Shown piece by piece: positions 52,010 to 64,000 of a stretch of 64,000 bases of DNA. Position 1 is the stretch's first letter. The number at the start of each line of letters is the position of its first letter. The notes beneath the pieces are model-generated. The model did no database searches, was not told the DNA's origin, and saw only the letters and a list, made by a program, of their open reading frames with translations. Source of the DNA: Leucoraja ocellata. Its lineage: Eukaryota. The position numbers were made by a program, and so were the translations under genes. Location: NCBI GenBank assembly GCA_036785375.1, contig JAWMAR010000128.1, positions 4,526,001-4,590,000 of the forward strand, written 5' to 3'.

Positions 52010-52466
52010 TTGTAAATTGGTCAGAGAATACCGCCCTCTCCTGGCTCAGTCATATTGTTGCATCCCTGCCTTTCGGAGTGCAGTTTATTCCTGATCCTCT
52101 GAAATTCTCCACTAACTTCCCAACCACTTGAGGTGGTGGACTTAAAGTTCTGTATGTACTTGACTTTTCTCTACTACACTGCTAATATGTACAAATAAAC
52201 TAATATTTACTGTCTACCTGGCACAATGCTACTACCAAGCTCATTACTTGTCTCTTGTACTTTGTCATGTCACTGTTCACAATCCACCCCACCTCAGTGG
52301 TGTCAGTTGCAAACTTGTAAATGGTGTAAGCACAGAATCTGGCCACACCATCGTGAATGTATAAGAAATATGGACAGGAACTGAGAGCCTACTGAGGCTA
52401 GCTTAGATGGGCATGTTGTTCTGTTTTGGGCAAGGCGTAATAGAAACCTGAGGGACCTATTATATA

Positions 52467-52930
52467 AGGTACACAAAAATGCTCGAGAAACTCAGCGGGT
52501 GCAGCAGTATCTATGGAGCGAAGGAAATAGGCAACGTTTCGGGTCGAAACCCTTCTTCAGACTGATGGGGGGGTGGCGGGGAGAAGAAAGGAAAAAGGAG
52601 GAGAGCTGAGGTAGGGGAGGAGACAGCAAGGGCTAACAAAATTGGGAGAATTCAATGTTCATGCCCGCAGGATGCAGACTCCCCAAGCGGAATATGAGGT
52701 GCTGTTCCTCCAATTTCCGGTGTTGCTCGCTCTGGCCATGGAGGAGACACAGGACAGAGAGGTCGGATGGGGAATGGGAGGGGGAGTTGAAGTGCTGAGC
52801 CTCCGGGAGGTCAAGTTGGTTATTGCGGACCGAGCAGAGGTGTTCGGCGAAACGATCGCCCAGCCTCCGCATAGTCTCACCGATGTAGATCAGCTGACAT
52901 CTAGAGCAGCGGATGTAATAGATGAGGCAT
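52467..52930 (-). mobile_element. Penelope-like retroelement 3' fragment: GIY-YIG endonuclease plus pseudo-LTR with hammerhead
   Basis: IYYIRCSRCQLIYIGETMRRLGDRFAEH...QHFN...RKLEEQHLIFRLGSLHPAGMN, followed by CTGAAGAAGGGTTTCGACCCGAAACGTT. Confidence 0.9.
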
Positions 52931-53234
52931 GTTGTACGTGCTGTATATGGCATAAGTTGCCTGACGTAATGTTTGAGGCATGTACAATAATAAAATGTTG
53001 AAGACATTTGGACTGGCACATGAATAGGAAAGCTTTTGATGGATCTGGGTCAACTATGGGCAAATGGAAGTTGTGTACATGGGGCATCGTTGTTACCAGG
53101 GACAAGTTAGGGTGAAGGGCTTGTTTCCATGTTGTGTCACCCTATGACTTGAATGATTCCTGACATGAGTTGTGGCCCAATCGCCAATGAGGGGCAGAAA
53201 GGAGTTCAGATGAATGATATTCTGAAAAGTAGAG

Positions 53235-53451
53235 GAAGGAACTGCAGATACTGGTTTAAACCGAAGATAGACACAAAATGTTAGAGTAACTCAGCACCCC
53301 TGGAGAGAAGGCAGGCACCATCGCAGGAGAGAAGGAATGGATAACGGTTCAGACTTGAAGAAGTGTCTCAACCCGTAACGTCACCCAATCCTTCTCTCTA
53401 GAGATGCTGCCTGTCCCACTGAGTTACTCCAGCATTTTGAGTTATCTTCGA
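53235..53451. mobile_element. Penelope-derived inverted-repeat element
   Basis: cgaagatagacacaaaatgttagagtaactcag / ctgagttactccagcattttgagttatcttcg arms. Confidence 0.65.
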
Positions 53452-54049
53452 GATTCGGAAAAGACTTAACAGGGGACAGATAGGACCGTTTACCCTGGTA
53501 GTTCACTTTGCAGCTGCAAACTTGGTCTCTGGGTTACTGAAGTCCGAGATGGGGAGGAATTACTTTAGTGAAAGGGTCGTAAGACATTAGATATATCTAC
53601 TCTAATGAGTTGAGAATGTGGTGTAACTAATGCTGGCAGATTTTGGACAGCAAGGAATGTCTGCAGAAAAGTAGAACTGAGCTCAAAGATCAGATCAGCT
53701 GCAACCTTTTTTTTGAATAGTCAAGCAGTCCCCAGGTGGAACATGGTGAACACTTGTTATTGTATTTTTCCGTTGATATTGCAAACAAGAAAGAAGTAAA
53801 ATAAACTCATTTTCTTTAAGTTGTTCGTAAGATATTATAGAAACATCTTCTAACTACTCAACCATATTATAATTGCAGAAACAAGCAGCACAGAAACAGG
53901 CCCTTTCAACCCAGCTTGTTCCTGATGGCCATGTTGACAATTTGCCCAGATTAGGCTATCAAGTACCCGATCCAAGTACCTGACCAATATCTTTTAAATG
54001 TTGTAAAGGGTGAAGGGTGGATAACGATATTAAATAGGCATATAATAAT

Positions 54050-54192
54050 AATCTTATAATAATCTTATTTATATAGCACATTTGTAGTCAACTTGCATTG
54101 ACCCCAAAGTGCTTCACATAGTTACATTACATTTACACACAGGCAAAGGTGGGTGAAGTGTCTTGCCCCAAGGACACAACGACAGTATGCAT
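54050..54192 (-). mobile_element. CORE-type SINE fragment with L2-like tail
   Basis: gtgtcttgccccaaggacac CORE-like motif and tttatatagcacattt...aaagtgcttcaca L2-type 3' end. Confidence 0.45.
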
Positions 54193-55204
54193 TCTCCTAA
54201 TCTCTTTATTTTTATTTCCTTTCTGTCTCTCTATGTCTTTTTTTTCTTCTCCTTCTCTTTTTTCTACTCTATCTCCTTCTACCTTTTCTTTGGGTTTTCT
54301 TTACTATCTCACGAACTAACACAACGGCTTAGGATATTCTTTTCTCCTCTATCTTGACTGCTCTCATTTTCTGTTCTATTCTGCTAAATTTGAAAATAGA
54401 AGTTGTACATGAACTGTATTATCTCATTATGTATTAGATGCTATTAGGTACTATATTATTGTACTTACTTCTAATTTAAAAAAAATCAAATTAATCAATT
54501 AATTAATTTTAAAAAATGCCGTAAAGCCAATCTGTTGAGCAAGCTGATCTCACCAAGAATCAGCCAATTAACATTTTGCATTGAGAACATACATTCGGTT
54601 TAAAACTACGCTGTAGGGTCTATAAAGTAATTTGTCCTCCATTTGCATCACCAGGTTGACGCTTAGTCTGAGCGCTGGACTAATGGCAGCCAAAGAACCC
54701 ATAATTCCCTCCAAGACAGCAACCATTGCATTCAATACACAACGTCTCTCCACATGGTTGCCTGGGAACGTGTTGCATTCTAGGAAGCTCACTGAACAAT
54801 CCTTGTATGCAAAAGATCGCTTGTGGGTGGTAAAGGTGGAGTGCTGCACCCACATGACACCAGGCTACCAGTCCACAGGGCATCCCGTTGCTGATCTGGG
54901 AACCCATGGTAATTTGGCCCTGGGTCAACAGACTGGCTGGCTGCTGCTACGAGGCATGTCTGCACACTGTGATCCAATTGATGTAGATAGGACACAATCT
55001 AGCACACTGAGCATTCTGTGTAGTGTGAGTCACCATTTCAAAGCGTAAAGTATTCAAGCTCAGATGTTTGTTTTTCCCTCGGCCAATATACTAAGAGGGG
55101 CTGCAGATAAATTCCATCGCTCTGCACCACTTTTATATTCCTGCAATGAATTCCCTCCTGAAATTATACGGGCAATTTGTTTTATTTCAAATGCAAAACC
55201 TGTT

Positions 55205-55468
55205 CATAAGACCATAAAATATAGGAGCAGAACTAGGCCATTCAGCCCATCAAGTCTGCCCGTCACTCAATTGTGGCCGACCTATTTTTCCCTCTCTATT
55301 CCATTCTCCCATCTTCTCCCCGTGACATTTGACCTCCTTACTAATCAAGAACCTATGCACTCTACTTTAAAAATACCCAATGACTTGGCCTCCACAGCCG
55401 TCTGTGATAATACATTCCACAGATTTACCACCCGCTGGCTGAAGAAATTCTCTTCATCTCCATTCTAA
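55205..55468 (-). mobile_element. Old CR1 3' fragment
   Basis: ttccacagatttaccaccc..gaagaaattc CR1 motif. Confidence 0.65.
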
Positions 55469-56317
55469 GATGCAAAGCTAGTCTTCGGGCAGTAAAAAGA
55501 AAATGCAAATGCTGAAATCTTGAGCAAAAACGAAACAGACTGCTGGGGAAACAATGGGTAAGTTGGGTAAACTGTGGACAGACGACATTTTGGATTAGGT
55601 GTCTTCTTCAGACTAAAGAACGGATTCTATTCCCGCCAAAGACACTGCTAGCCCCACTGATATTCAATCTCTAACAGTTTGTTTTTCACTCAAAACTCTC
55701 AGCTGCAGTCACTTGTGCCTCGCACAAAGATAGATAACTTACCTGCCTTGTTGTGGGAAGAGATTCAGTCACTCATCTATCGTGTTGGCAAATCAGCATG
55801 TTCATACTGCATCTGCGCCATCAACTTGCTCCAAATGTGGGTAAGAATTCATTCCTCATCCAGCCGACCGAAACAGCTGCAAATTCACTCTGATCGGAGA
55901 GCATTTCAAGGCCTTGCTTGCAAGAAGAGATATACAGCACATGAGAGCTCATGAGGCACTAATGTACTCACACGGAGAAAGATCATTTATTTGCTCCAAT
56001 TCAGGAAAAGCGTTGGTTTATTATCCAATCTATAAGTACACCAGCGAGTTTGCACTGGGGAGAGACCATTTACCCGCGTAAATTGTTGGAAAGGATTTAC
56101 TCAGTCAACTGCCCTGCTAAAACACAAGAACATCATGAGAAGGACTGTATAAATGCCCTGTGATCAGTGATTTAATTAATCGGGGCCCTTTAAGGTATTG
56201 GAGTAAGTCAGGGGGTCAGGCAGCCTCTCGGGAGGACATGGGTAGGTAAACATAGAAACATAGAAAATAGGTGCAGTAGGCCATTCGGCCCTTCCGAGAC
56301 TGCACCGCCATTCAATA

Positions 56318-59300
56318 TGATCATGGCTGATCATCCAACTCAGTATCCTGTACCTGCCTTCTCCCTGATCCCTTTAGCCACATATAACTCCCTCTTAAAT
56401 ATAGCCAATGAACTGGCCTCAACTACCTTTTGTGGCAGAGAGTTCCAGAGATTTACCACTCTCTGTGTGATAAATGTTTTTCTCATCTCGGTCCTAAAGG
56501 ATTTCCCCTTTATCCTTAAACTGTGACCCCTTGTCCTGGACTTCCCCAACATCGATAACAATCTTCCTGCATCTAGCTTGTCCAACCCCTTAAGAATTTT
56601 GTACGATTCTATAAGATCCCCCCTCAATCTTCTAAATTCTAGCGAGTACAAGCCGAGTCTATCCAGTCTTTCTTCATATGAAAGTCCTGACATCCCAGGA
56701 ATCAGTCTGGTGAACCTTCTCTGTACTCCCTCTATGGCAAGAATTTCTTTCCTCAGATTAGGAGACCAAAACTGTATGCAATACAGGTGTGTCCAGGTGT
56801 GGTCTCACCAAGACCCTGTACAACTGCAGTAGAACCTCCCTGCTCCTATACTCAAATCTTTTTTGATAAGAGGGAAGTCTTTTAGGACCGAGATGAGAAA
56901 ATCATTTTTTACACCGAGAGTGGTGAAGCTGTGGAATTCTCTGCTACAGAAGGTAGTTGAGGCCAATTCATTGGCTATATTTAAGAGGGAGTTAGATGGG
57001 GCCCTTGTGGCCACAGGGATCAGGGAGTATGGAGAGAAGGCAGGTACAGGATACTGAGTTGAATGATCAGCCATAATCATATTGAATGGCGGTGCAGGCT
57101 CGAAGGGCCGAATGGCCTACTCCTGCATCCTATTTTCTATGTTTCTATGTATTTGAGGCAGATACGATAATAACATTTAACAGGCATTTGGACAGATACA
57201 TAGATAGGAAACGTTCAGAGGGATACGGGCTAAACGCAGGCAAACGAGACTAGTGCAGATGATGTATCTTGGGCTGGTTTGGCCGAGGGCCCGTTTCCAT
57301 GCATTATGATTCTATGGCAACACACGAATTGAAGATAGGCACAAAATGCGGGAGTAATTCAGCGTTATAGGCAGCGTCTGGAGCTTTGATGTTTGATGTT
57401 TCGGAACGAAACACTTGTTCAGACTGAGAGTCAGGGGAGAGGGAAAGTATAGATATGGAAGGGGACAAAGAACATGTAAGGTGCGAAAAGGACTGATCAA
57501 GGCAGACGTTGATCAATGAAATGTACAACGGTTCATTGTTGGCTGAGGGGAACGAGCCAAACAAACAGCAAAGATAATCAGGAGGACGGTCAGACTAGTA
57601 GGAGGACTAGGATGGGGAAGGGACGGAGGAGAGGGAAAGCAAGGAAAGTGAGAGAAATCATAGAAACATAGAAAATGGGTGCAGGAGGAGGCCATTCGGC
57701 CCTTCGAGCTAGCACCGCCATTCATTGTGATCATGGCTGATCGTCCCCTAGCAATAACACGTGCCTGCCTTCTCCCCATATCCCTCGACTCCACTAGCCC
57801 CTAGAGCCTAAATTAATATTCATGCTGTTCCTCCAATTTGTGTTTAGCCTCACTCTAACAGTGGAGGAGGCCCATGACAGAAAGGTCCAGCATGTTGTGT
57901 CTATCTTCAGTGTAAATCAGCATCTACAGTTCCTTACTACACATCTCCTCGTATTGTACAGTTTCCATTCCCGATATTATTCCACCGATTCTGCCCAATA
58001 ATCCCCCAGGGATTACATCGTCGTGAATGAAACAGAACCTCGACAACCAGCAACAATTGTTCACCGATTTCAGACGCAGCCCGAACTGCCGATATTGTTT
58101 TTAGTTGCTGCTATATTTTTATAAAGTATTTTCAGCATTGAGTTGAATGGCTGATCATGGCTGATCATCCAACTCAGTACCCTGTACCTGCCTTCTCTCC
58201 ATACTCCCTGATCCCTTTATCCACATATAACTCCCTCTTAAATATAGCCAATGAACTGGCCTCAACTACATTCTGTGGCAGAGCGTTCCAGAGATTTACC
58301 ACTCTCTGTGTGAAAAATGTTTTTCTCATCTCGGTCCTAAAGGATTTCCCCTTCATCCTTAAACTGTGACCCCTTGTCCTGGACTTCCCCAACATCGGGA
58401 ACAATCTTCCTGCATCTAGCCTGTCCAACCCCTTAAGAATTTTGTAAGATTCTATAAGATCCCCCCTCAATCTTCTAAATTCTAGCGAGTACAAGCCGAG
58501 TCTATCCAGTCTTTCTTCATATGAAAGTCCTGACATCCCAGGAATCAGTCTGGTGAACCTTCTCTGTACTCCCTCTATGGCAAGAATGTCTTTCCTCAGA
58601 TTAGGAGACCAAAACTGTATGCAATACAGATGTGTCCAGGTGTGGTCTCACCAAGACCCTGTACAACTGCAGTAGAACCTCCCCGCTCCTATATTCAAAT
58701 CTTTTTGATAAGAGGGAAGTCTTTTAGGACCGAGTTGAGAAAATCATTTTTTACACAGAGAGTGGTGAAACTGCGGAATTCTATGCAACAGAAGGTAGTT
58801 GAGGCCAATTCATTGGCTATATTTAAGAGGGAGTTAGATGGGGCCCTTGTGGCCAAAGGGATCAGGGGGTATGGAGAGAAGGCAGGTGCAGGATACTGAG
58901 TTGGATGATCAGCCATAATCATATTGAATGGCGGTGCAGGCTCGAAGGGCCGAATGGCCTACTCATGCATCCTATTTTCTATGTTTCTATGTATTTGAGG
59001 CAGATACGATAATAACATTTAGCAGGCATTTGGACAGATACATAGATAGGAAACGTTCAGAGGGATACGGGCTAAACGCAGGCAAACGAGACTAGTGCAG
59101 ATGGTGTACCTTGGGCTGGTTTGGCTGAGGGCCCATTTCCATGCATTATGATTCTATGGCAACACACGAATTGAAGATAGGCACAAAATGCTGGAGTAAT
59201 TCAGCGTTATAGGCAGCGTCTGGAGCTTTGATGTTTGATGTTTCGGAACAAAACACTTGTTCAGACTGAGAGTCAGGGGAGAGGGAAAGTATAGATATGG

Positions 59301-60545
59301 AAGGGGACAAAGAACATGTAAGGTGCGAAAAGGACTGAGCAAGGCAGACGTTGATCAATGAAATGTACAACGGTTCATTGTTGGCTGAGGGGAATGAGCC
59401 ATACAAACAGCAAAGATAATCAGGAGGACGGTCAGACTAGTAGGAGGACTAGGGTGGGGAAGGGACGGAGGAGAGGGAAAGCAAGGAAAGTGAGAGAAAT
59501 CATAGAAACATAGAAAATATGTGCAGGAGGAGGCCATTCGGCCCTTCGAGCTAGCACCGCCATTCATTGTGATCATGGCTGATCGTCCCCCAGCAATAAC
59601 ACGTGCCTGCCTTCTCCCCATATCCCTCGACTTCACTAGCCCCTGGAGCCTAAATTAATATTCATGCTGTTCCTCCAATGTGTGTTTAGCCTCACTCTAA
59701 CAGTGGAGGAGGCCCATGACAGAAAGGTCCAGCATGTTGTGTCTATCTTCAGTGTAAATCAGCATCTACAGTTCCTTACTACACATCTCCTCGTATTGTA
59801 CAGTTTCCATTCCCGATATTATTCCACCGATTCTGCCCAATAATCCCCCAGGGATTACATCGCCGTGAATGAAACAGAACCTCGACAACCAGCAACAATT
59901 GTTCACCGATTTCAGACGCAGCCCGAACTGCCGATATTGTTTTTAGTTGCTGCTATATTTTTATAAAGTATTTTCAGCATTGAGTTGAATGGCTGATCAT
60001 GGCTGATCATCCAACTCAGTACCCTGTACCTGCCTTCTCTCCATACTCCCTGATCCCTTTATCCACATATAACTCCCTCTTAAATATAGCCAATGAACTG
60101 GCCTCAACTACATTCTGTGGCAGAGCGTTGCAGAGATTTACCACTCTCTGTGTGAAAAATGTTTTTCTCATCTCGGTCCTAAAGGATTTCCCCTTCATCC
60201 TTAAACTGTGACCCCTTGTCCTGGACTTCCCCAACATCGGGAACAATCTTCCTGCATCTAGCCTGTCCAACCCCTTAAGAATTTTGTAAGATTCTATAAG
60301 ATCCCCCCTCAATCTTCTAAATTCTAGCGAGTACAAGCCGAGTCTATCCAGTCTTTCTTCATATGAAAGTCCTGACATCCTAGGAATCAGTCTGGTGAAC
60401 CTTCTCTGTACTCCCTCTATGGCAAGAATGTCTTTCCTCAGATTAGGAGACCAAAACTGTATGCAATACAGGTGTGTCCAGGTGTGGTCTCACCAAGACC
60501 CTGTACAACTGCAGTAGAACCTCCCTGCTCCTATACTCAAATCCT
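56318..60545 (+). repeat. Tandem duplication, 1842-bp period, about 2.3 copies; unit = CR1(-) + CR1(+) + Penelope-derived and unique sequence
   Basis: Matching ORFs at 57304/59146, 57513/59355, 58157/59999 and 58174/60016 are all offset by 1842. Confidence 0.95.
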
Positions 60546-60756
60546 TTTGCTGTGAATGCTAACATAACATTTCAGGTAGGGACCCTTCTTCAAACTGATT
60601 GTTGTGGGGGGGGGGGGAACTTCACCTATTCGTGTCCTCCAGAGATGCTGCCTGAACTGCTGAGTTTTTCTTGCACTTTATTGGGTCTTTTTTGGTAAAC
60701 CAGCATCCGTGGATCCTTCACTCTCCTTTGAGGCAGTAGCACATTCACCTTTTGGA

Positions 60757-60860
60757 CAGGCCATTCACTTGCTCCATCACTGGGGATTCACTTGTTTACT
60801 CCACCAGACAAAGCAACGTGTTCACAGTGAAAAGAGGCCATTCACTACTCTGTGTGTTGA
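60757..60860 (+). pseudogene. Degenerate C2H2 zinc-finger remnant
   Basis: RPFTCS...GFTCLLHQTKQRVHSEKRPFT resembles a finger plus the HTGERPF linker, with a frameshift. Confidence 0.45.
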
Positions 60861-60904
60861 TTCACTCGGATATCCACTCGGAGATCCAAAGTCTCTATAT
60901 CTTT

Positions 60905-61180
60905 AGAAATAGGCCTTTCACCCCACTGAGTCCATGCTGACCAGCGCTCACTTGGTACACTAGCACTATCCTACACGCGAGAGACAATTTACAATTTTCG
61001 GAAGCCAATTAACCTACAAACCTGCATGTCTTTGGAGTGTGGGAGGAAACCGGAGCTCCCGGAGAAAATCCATGCAGTCATTGGGAGAACGTACCAATTC
61101 CTTAGACAGCTCCTGTGGTCAGGATCAAACCTGGGTCTCTGATGCTGTAACGCAACAACTATACTGCCATACCACTGTGT
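60905..61180 (-). mobile_element. HE1-like V-SINE
   Basis: ctgcatgtctttggagtgtgggaggaaaccggag V-domain and tRNA-like head. Confidence 0.8.
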
Positions 61181-61516
61181 CATGCAAAGTCAAAAGACTA
61201 AAGACCTGGAATGTCACCTATCCAGGTGACATAATCCAGACGCCGCCTGGCCAGCTGAGCCATTCCAGCACTTTGTGTTTTACGTAAGATTCCAACACCT
61301 TGCAGTTCCTTGTGTAACCATTTACATGTCTGAACTCCGAGAATGAAACTTATGAACCACCAATAGATCAGCCATTCTCCTTCTCCAACCAAGGACAGGG
61401 ATTCATCAGGCATCCCATCCATTGAGGCACCAATGAATACCCAATTTGGCAGGATTTTGCCATTCATCTCACCCATGACTGACCATTGTTGAAGGTGTTA
61501 ACAAAGCAATAAGATG

Positions 61517-62152
61517 AGATGCAGGAAAAGTGTTCCCAATGTTGGGCGAGTCCAGAACCAGGGGCCACAGTCTTAGAATAAAGGGGAGGTCATTTAAGAC
61601 TGAGGTGAGAAAAAAACCTTTTTCACCCAGAGAGTTGTGAATTTATGGAATTCCCTGCCACAGAGGGCAGTGGAGGCCAAGTCACCGGATGGATTTAAGA
61701 GAGAGTTAGATAGAGCTCTAGGGGCTAGTGGAGTCAAGGGATATGGGGAGAAGGCAGGCATGGGTTATTGATAGGGGACAATCTGCCATGATTTCCCCCT
61801 TGTACTTAAGGATAAGGGGGAAATCCTTTAAAACCGAGATGAGAAGAACTTTTTTCACACAGAGAGTGGTGAATCTCTGGAACTCTCTGCCACAGAGGGT
61901 AGTTGAGGCCAGTTCATTGGCTATATTTAAGAGGGAGTTAGATGTGGCCCTTGTGGCTAAGGGGATCAGAGGGTATGGAGAGAAGGCAGGTACGGGATAC
62001 TGAGTTGGATGATCAGCCATGATCATATTGAATGGCGGTGCAGGCTCAAAGGGCCGAATGGCCTACTCCTGCACCTAATTTCTATGTTTCTATGATCACA
62101 ATGAATGGTGGTGCAGGCTCGAAGGGCCGAATGGCCTCCTCCTGCATCTATT
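61517..62152 (+). mobile_element. CR1 3' fragment with a younger CR1 (about 61806-62094) nested in its 3' UTR
   Basis: Host sequence gccatgat|cacaatgaatgg is split by a complete young 3' end. Confidence 0.85.
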
Positions 62153-62531
62153 TAAAAAAAATTAAAAGTAAAAAATAAAAATAAAGCAATTAGTGGAAAT
62201 AAAAAAAACTTTAAGCTGGAAAGACTACAGAGAGTTACGAGGATGTTAAGAGGACTTGAGGGCCTGAGCAACAGGGAAAGCTTTGGCAGGTTAGGACTCT
62301 ATTCATTGGTGTGTGGAATGAGTGTTGATCTTATAAAACCATGAGGGGGATAGGGTAGATGCTCAGAGGCTTTTACCTAGAGTAGGGGGATCAAGAATCA
62401 GATGACAACAGATGAGAGTAAAGGGATTTAAAAGGGATTCTGAGGAGCAAACTTTTCACTCAGAGGGTGGTGGGAATATAGAATGAGCTGCCAGAGGAAG
62501 TAGTTGAGCTAGAAACGAAAACAACATTCAT

Positions 62532-62762
62532 GACAATAGACAATAGGTGCAGGAGTTGGCCATTCAGCCCTTCGAGCCAGCACCGCCATTCAATGTGATC
62601 ATGGCTGATCATCCCCAATCAGTTCCTACCTTCTCCCCATATCCCCTGACTCTGCTATTTTTAAGAGCCCTATCTAGCTCTCTTGAAAGCATCCAGAGAA
62701 CCTGCCTCCACCGCCCCCCGAGGCAGAGAATTCCACAGACTCACCACTCTCTGTGAGAAAAA
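62532..62762 (-). mobile_element. CR1 3' fragment inserted in an old + strand CR1 (about 62220-62910)
   Basis: acaatag tail and UTR; the flanks rejoin as a CR1 3' end. Confidence 0.8.
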
Positions 62763-63606
62763 GAGAACAAAAAGACATTTAAAAGACATTTGGGCAGGTA
62801 CATGGATGGGAAAGGTTTAGAGGTGTATGTGCCAACGCAGGCAGGCAGTGTTGAAGTGGCATCTTGATTGGCATGGGCAATGTGGTTCTAAAAGCCTGTT
62901 TGACTCTTCTAATACCTGTAACTCTTTTTTTTTTTTGAAAGTTACTTAAGTAGGGATGCTAACTAAAAATCTCTAAACCAGGACGGATAGTTTTTGGTAG
63001 AATATAGGGACTGCAAATGTTAGTTTACAAAAATAGACATAATGCTGGAATAACCCAGCAGTTCAGGCAGCACTTCTGGAGAACATGAATAGGTGGCATT
63101 TCGGGCCTTGCGACCCGAAACATCACATATTCTTGTTCTCCAGAGACGCTGCCTGACCCGCTGTTACACCTGTACTTTGTAGATTATTTGTAAACCAGCA
63201 TCTGTAGCTCCATCTTGTATCTTCATTTTAAGGTATCAGATTGCTTTAGGAATCTTTATTAAGTTCAACAACATGAAAAAGGTGTGTGTAATAAATTATG
63301 TTGAATTGCAACTTTCACCTAATTCAGTTTCACGAAGGCCTCGAGAGGCTGGACAGCCTTTTCCTTTTCTTTGTTGCTCAGTTTAAATTCATGGGAGAAA
63401 TTAATTTTAAAATCAGAGGTCCAACATTAGAGCCCATTCCCAGTATGCATGCTGCGACACCTTGCTCTCTCTCAATGGATGAGAAGTCAATGCACCACCC
63501 CTGACAGAGTACTGGACTCTATAAAAAAGTGAGCATACATAGTCAAAAATGTTCAGAGTTCTCCAGTTCTGAGGAAGTATCCCTGACCAAAAATATTATC
63601 TGTGTA

Positions 63607-63775
63607 AGAAGGAACTGCAAATGCTGCTTTAAACCGAAGATAGCCTCAAAAAGCTGGAGTAACTCAACCGTATCAGGTCGAGATCCTTCTCGGCCTGAAA
63701 TGTCACCCATTCCTTCTCTCTAGAGATGCTGTCTGTCCCGCTGAGTTACTCCAGCTTTTTGTGTCTTATCTTCGA
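63607..63775. mobile_element. Penelope-derived inverted-repeat element
   Basis: aaaaagctggagtaactca / tgagttactccagcttttt arms. Confidence 0.65.
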
Positions 63776-63854
63776 TCAAAAATATCATCTGCTCCTTTTA
63801 TCACATGCTGCCAAAGTGGCTAACGGTATAAATTCTTCCAACATTTTCCAGAGC

Positions 63855-64000
63855 TGCAGTGGCGCATCTGATAGAGCTTCTGCCTCGCAGAACCAGAGTT
63901 GCGGGATCTGACCAGAACTTAGATGCTGCCTGTGTGGAGTTTACGTGTTTTCCCTACGACTGTGTGGGTTTCCTCCCGGTGCTCTAGATTCCTTCCGCAT
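63855..64000 (+). mobile_element. HE1-like V-SINE 5' part (runs off the right edge)
   Basis: gtggcgca..tagagc head and gtgggtttcctcccggtgctc V-domain. Confidence 0.7.

Noticed and set aside
54632-55048. 138-aa ORF with an ATTTGCAT octamer at 54641
   Set aside because: No ATG start or recognisable domain; several octamers are expected by chance in 64 kb.
55738-55885. Minus-strand segment with a perfect CAG|GTAAGT donor
   Set aside because: Stops in all three frames; at most a non-coding exon, unsupported without RNA data.

Overview
Vertebrate genomic DNA from a cartilaginous fish. The Ig exons and HE1/HER1-type retroelements support this; skate/ray is an inference. There are two N gaps (12536-12749, 22779-22978). 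Left part (1-22.8 kb): a cluster of two-exon GPR139/GPR142-like orphan class A GPCR genes. Gene B on + is intact (7569-7638 + 9284-10185, 323 aa). Copy A on - runs off the window edge. Copy C on - is frameshifted and lies in a ~3.7 kb recent duplication of copy A. Middle (23.1-40.8 kb): the 3' part of an Ig heavy-chain gene most like IgNAR, with C2 (1-nt frameshift), C3, C4, C5 plus secretory tail, and TM1/TM2 exons 12 kb downstream. No V, D, J or C1 is visible because a 200-N gap lies just upstream of C2. The rest is dense in repeats: CR1 LINEs of several ages, Rex1/Babar and L1 fragments, HE1-like V-SINEs, a hAT element, and many Penelope-derived elements carrying minimal hammerhead ribozyme motifs. 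The right end has a 1842-bp tandem duplication built from a segment also present, partly inverted and with a fold-back hairpin, at 47-48.4 kb. No wholly new system is demonstrable. The best leads are the IgNAR-like gene's peculiarities, the hammerhead-bearing Penelope repeats and the template-switch rearrangements.
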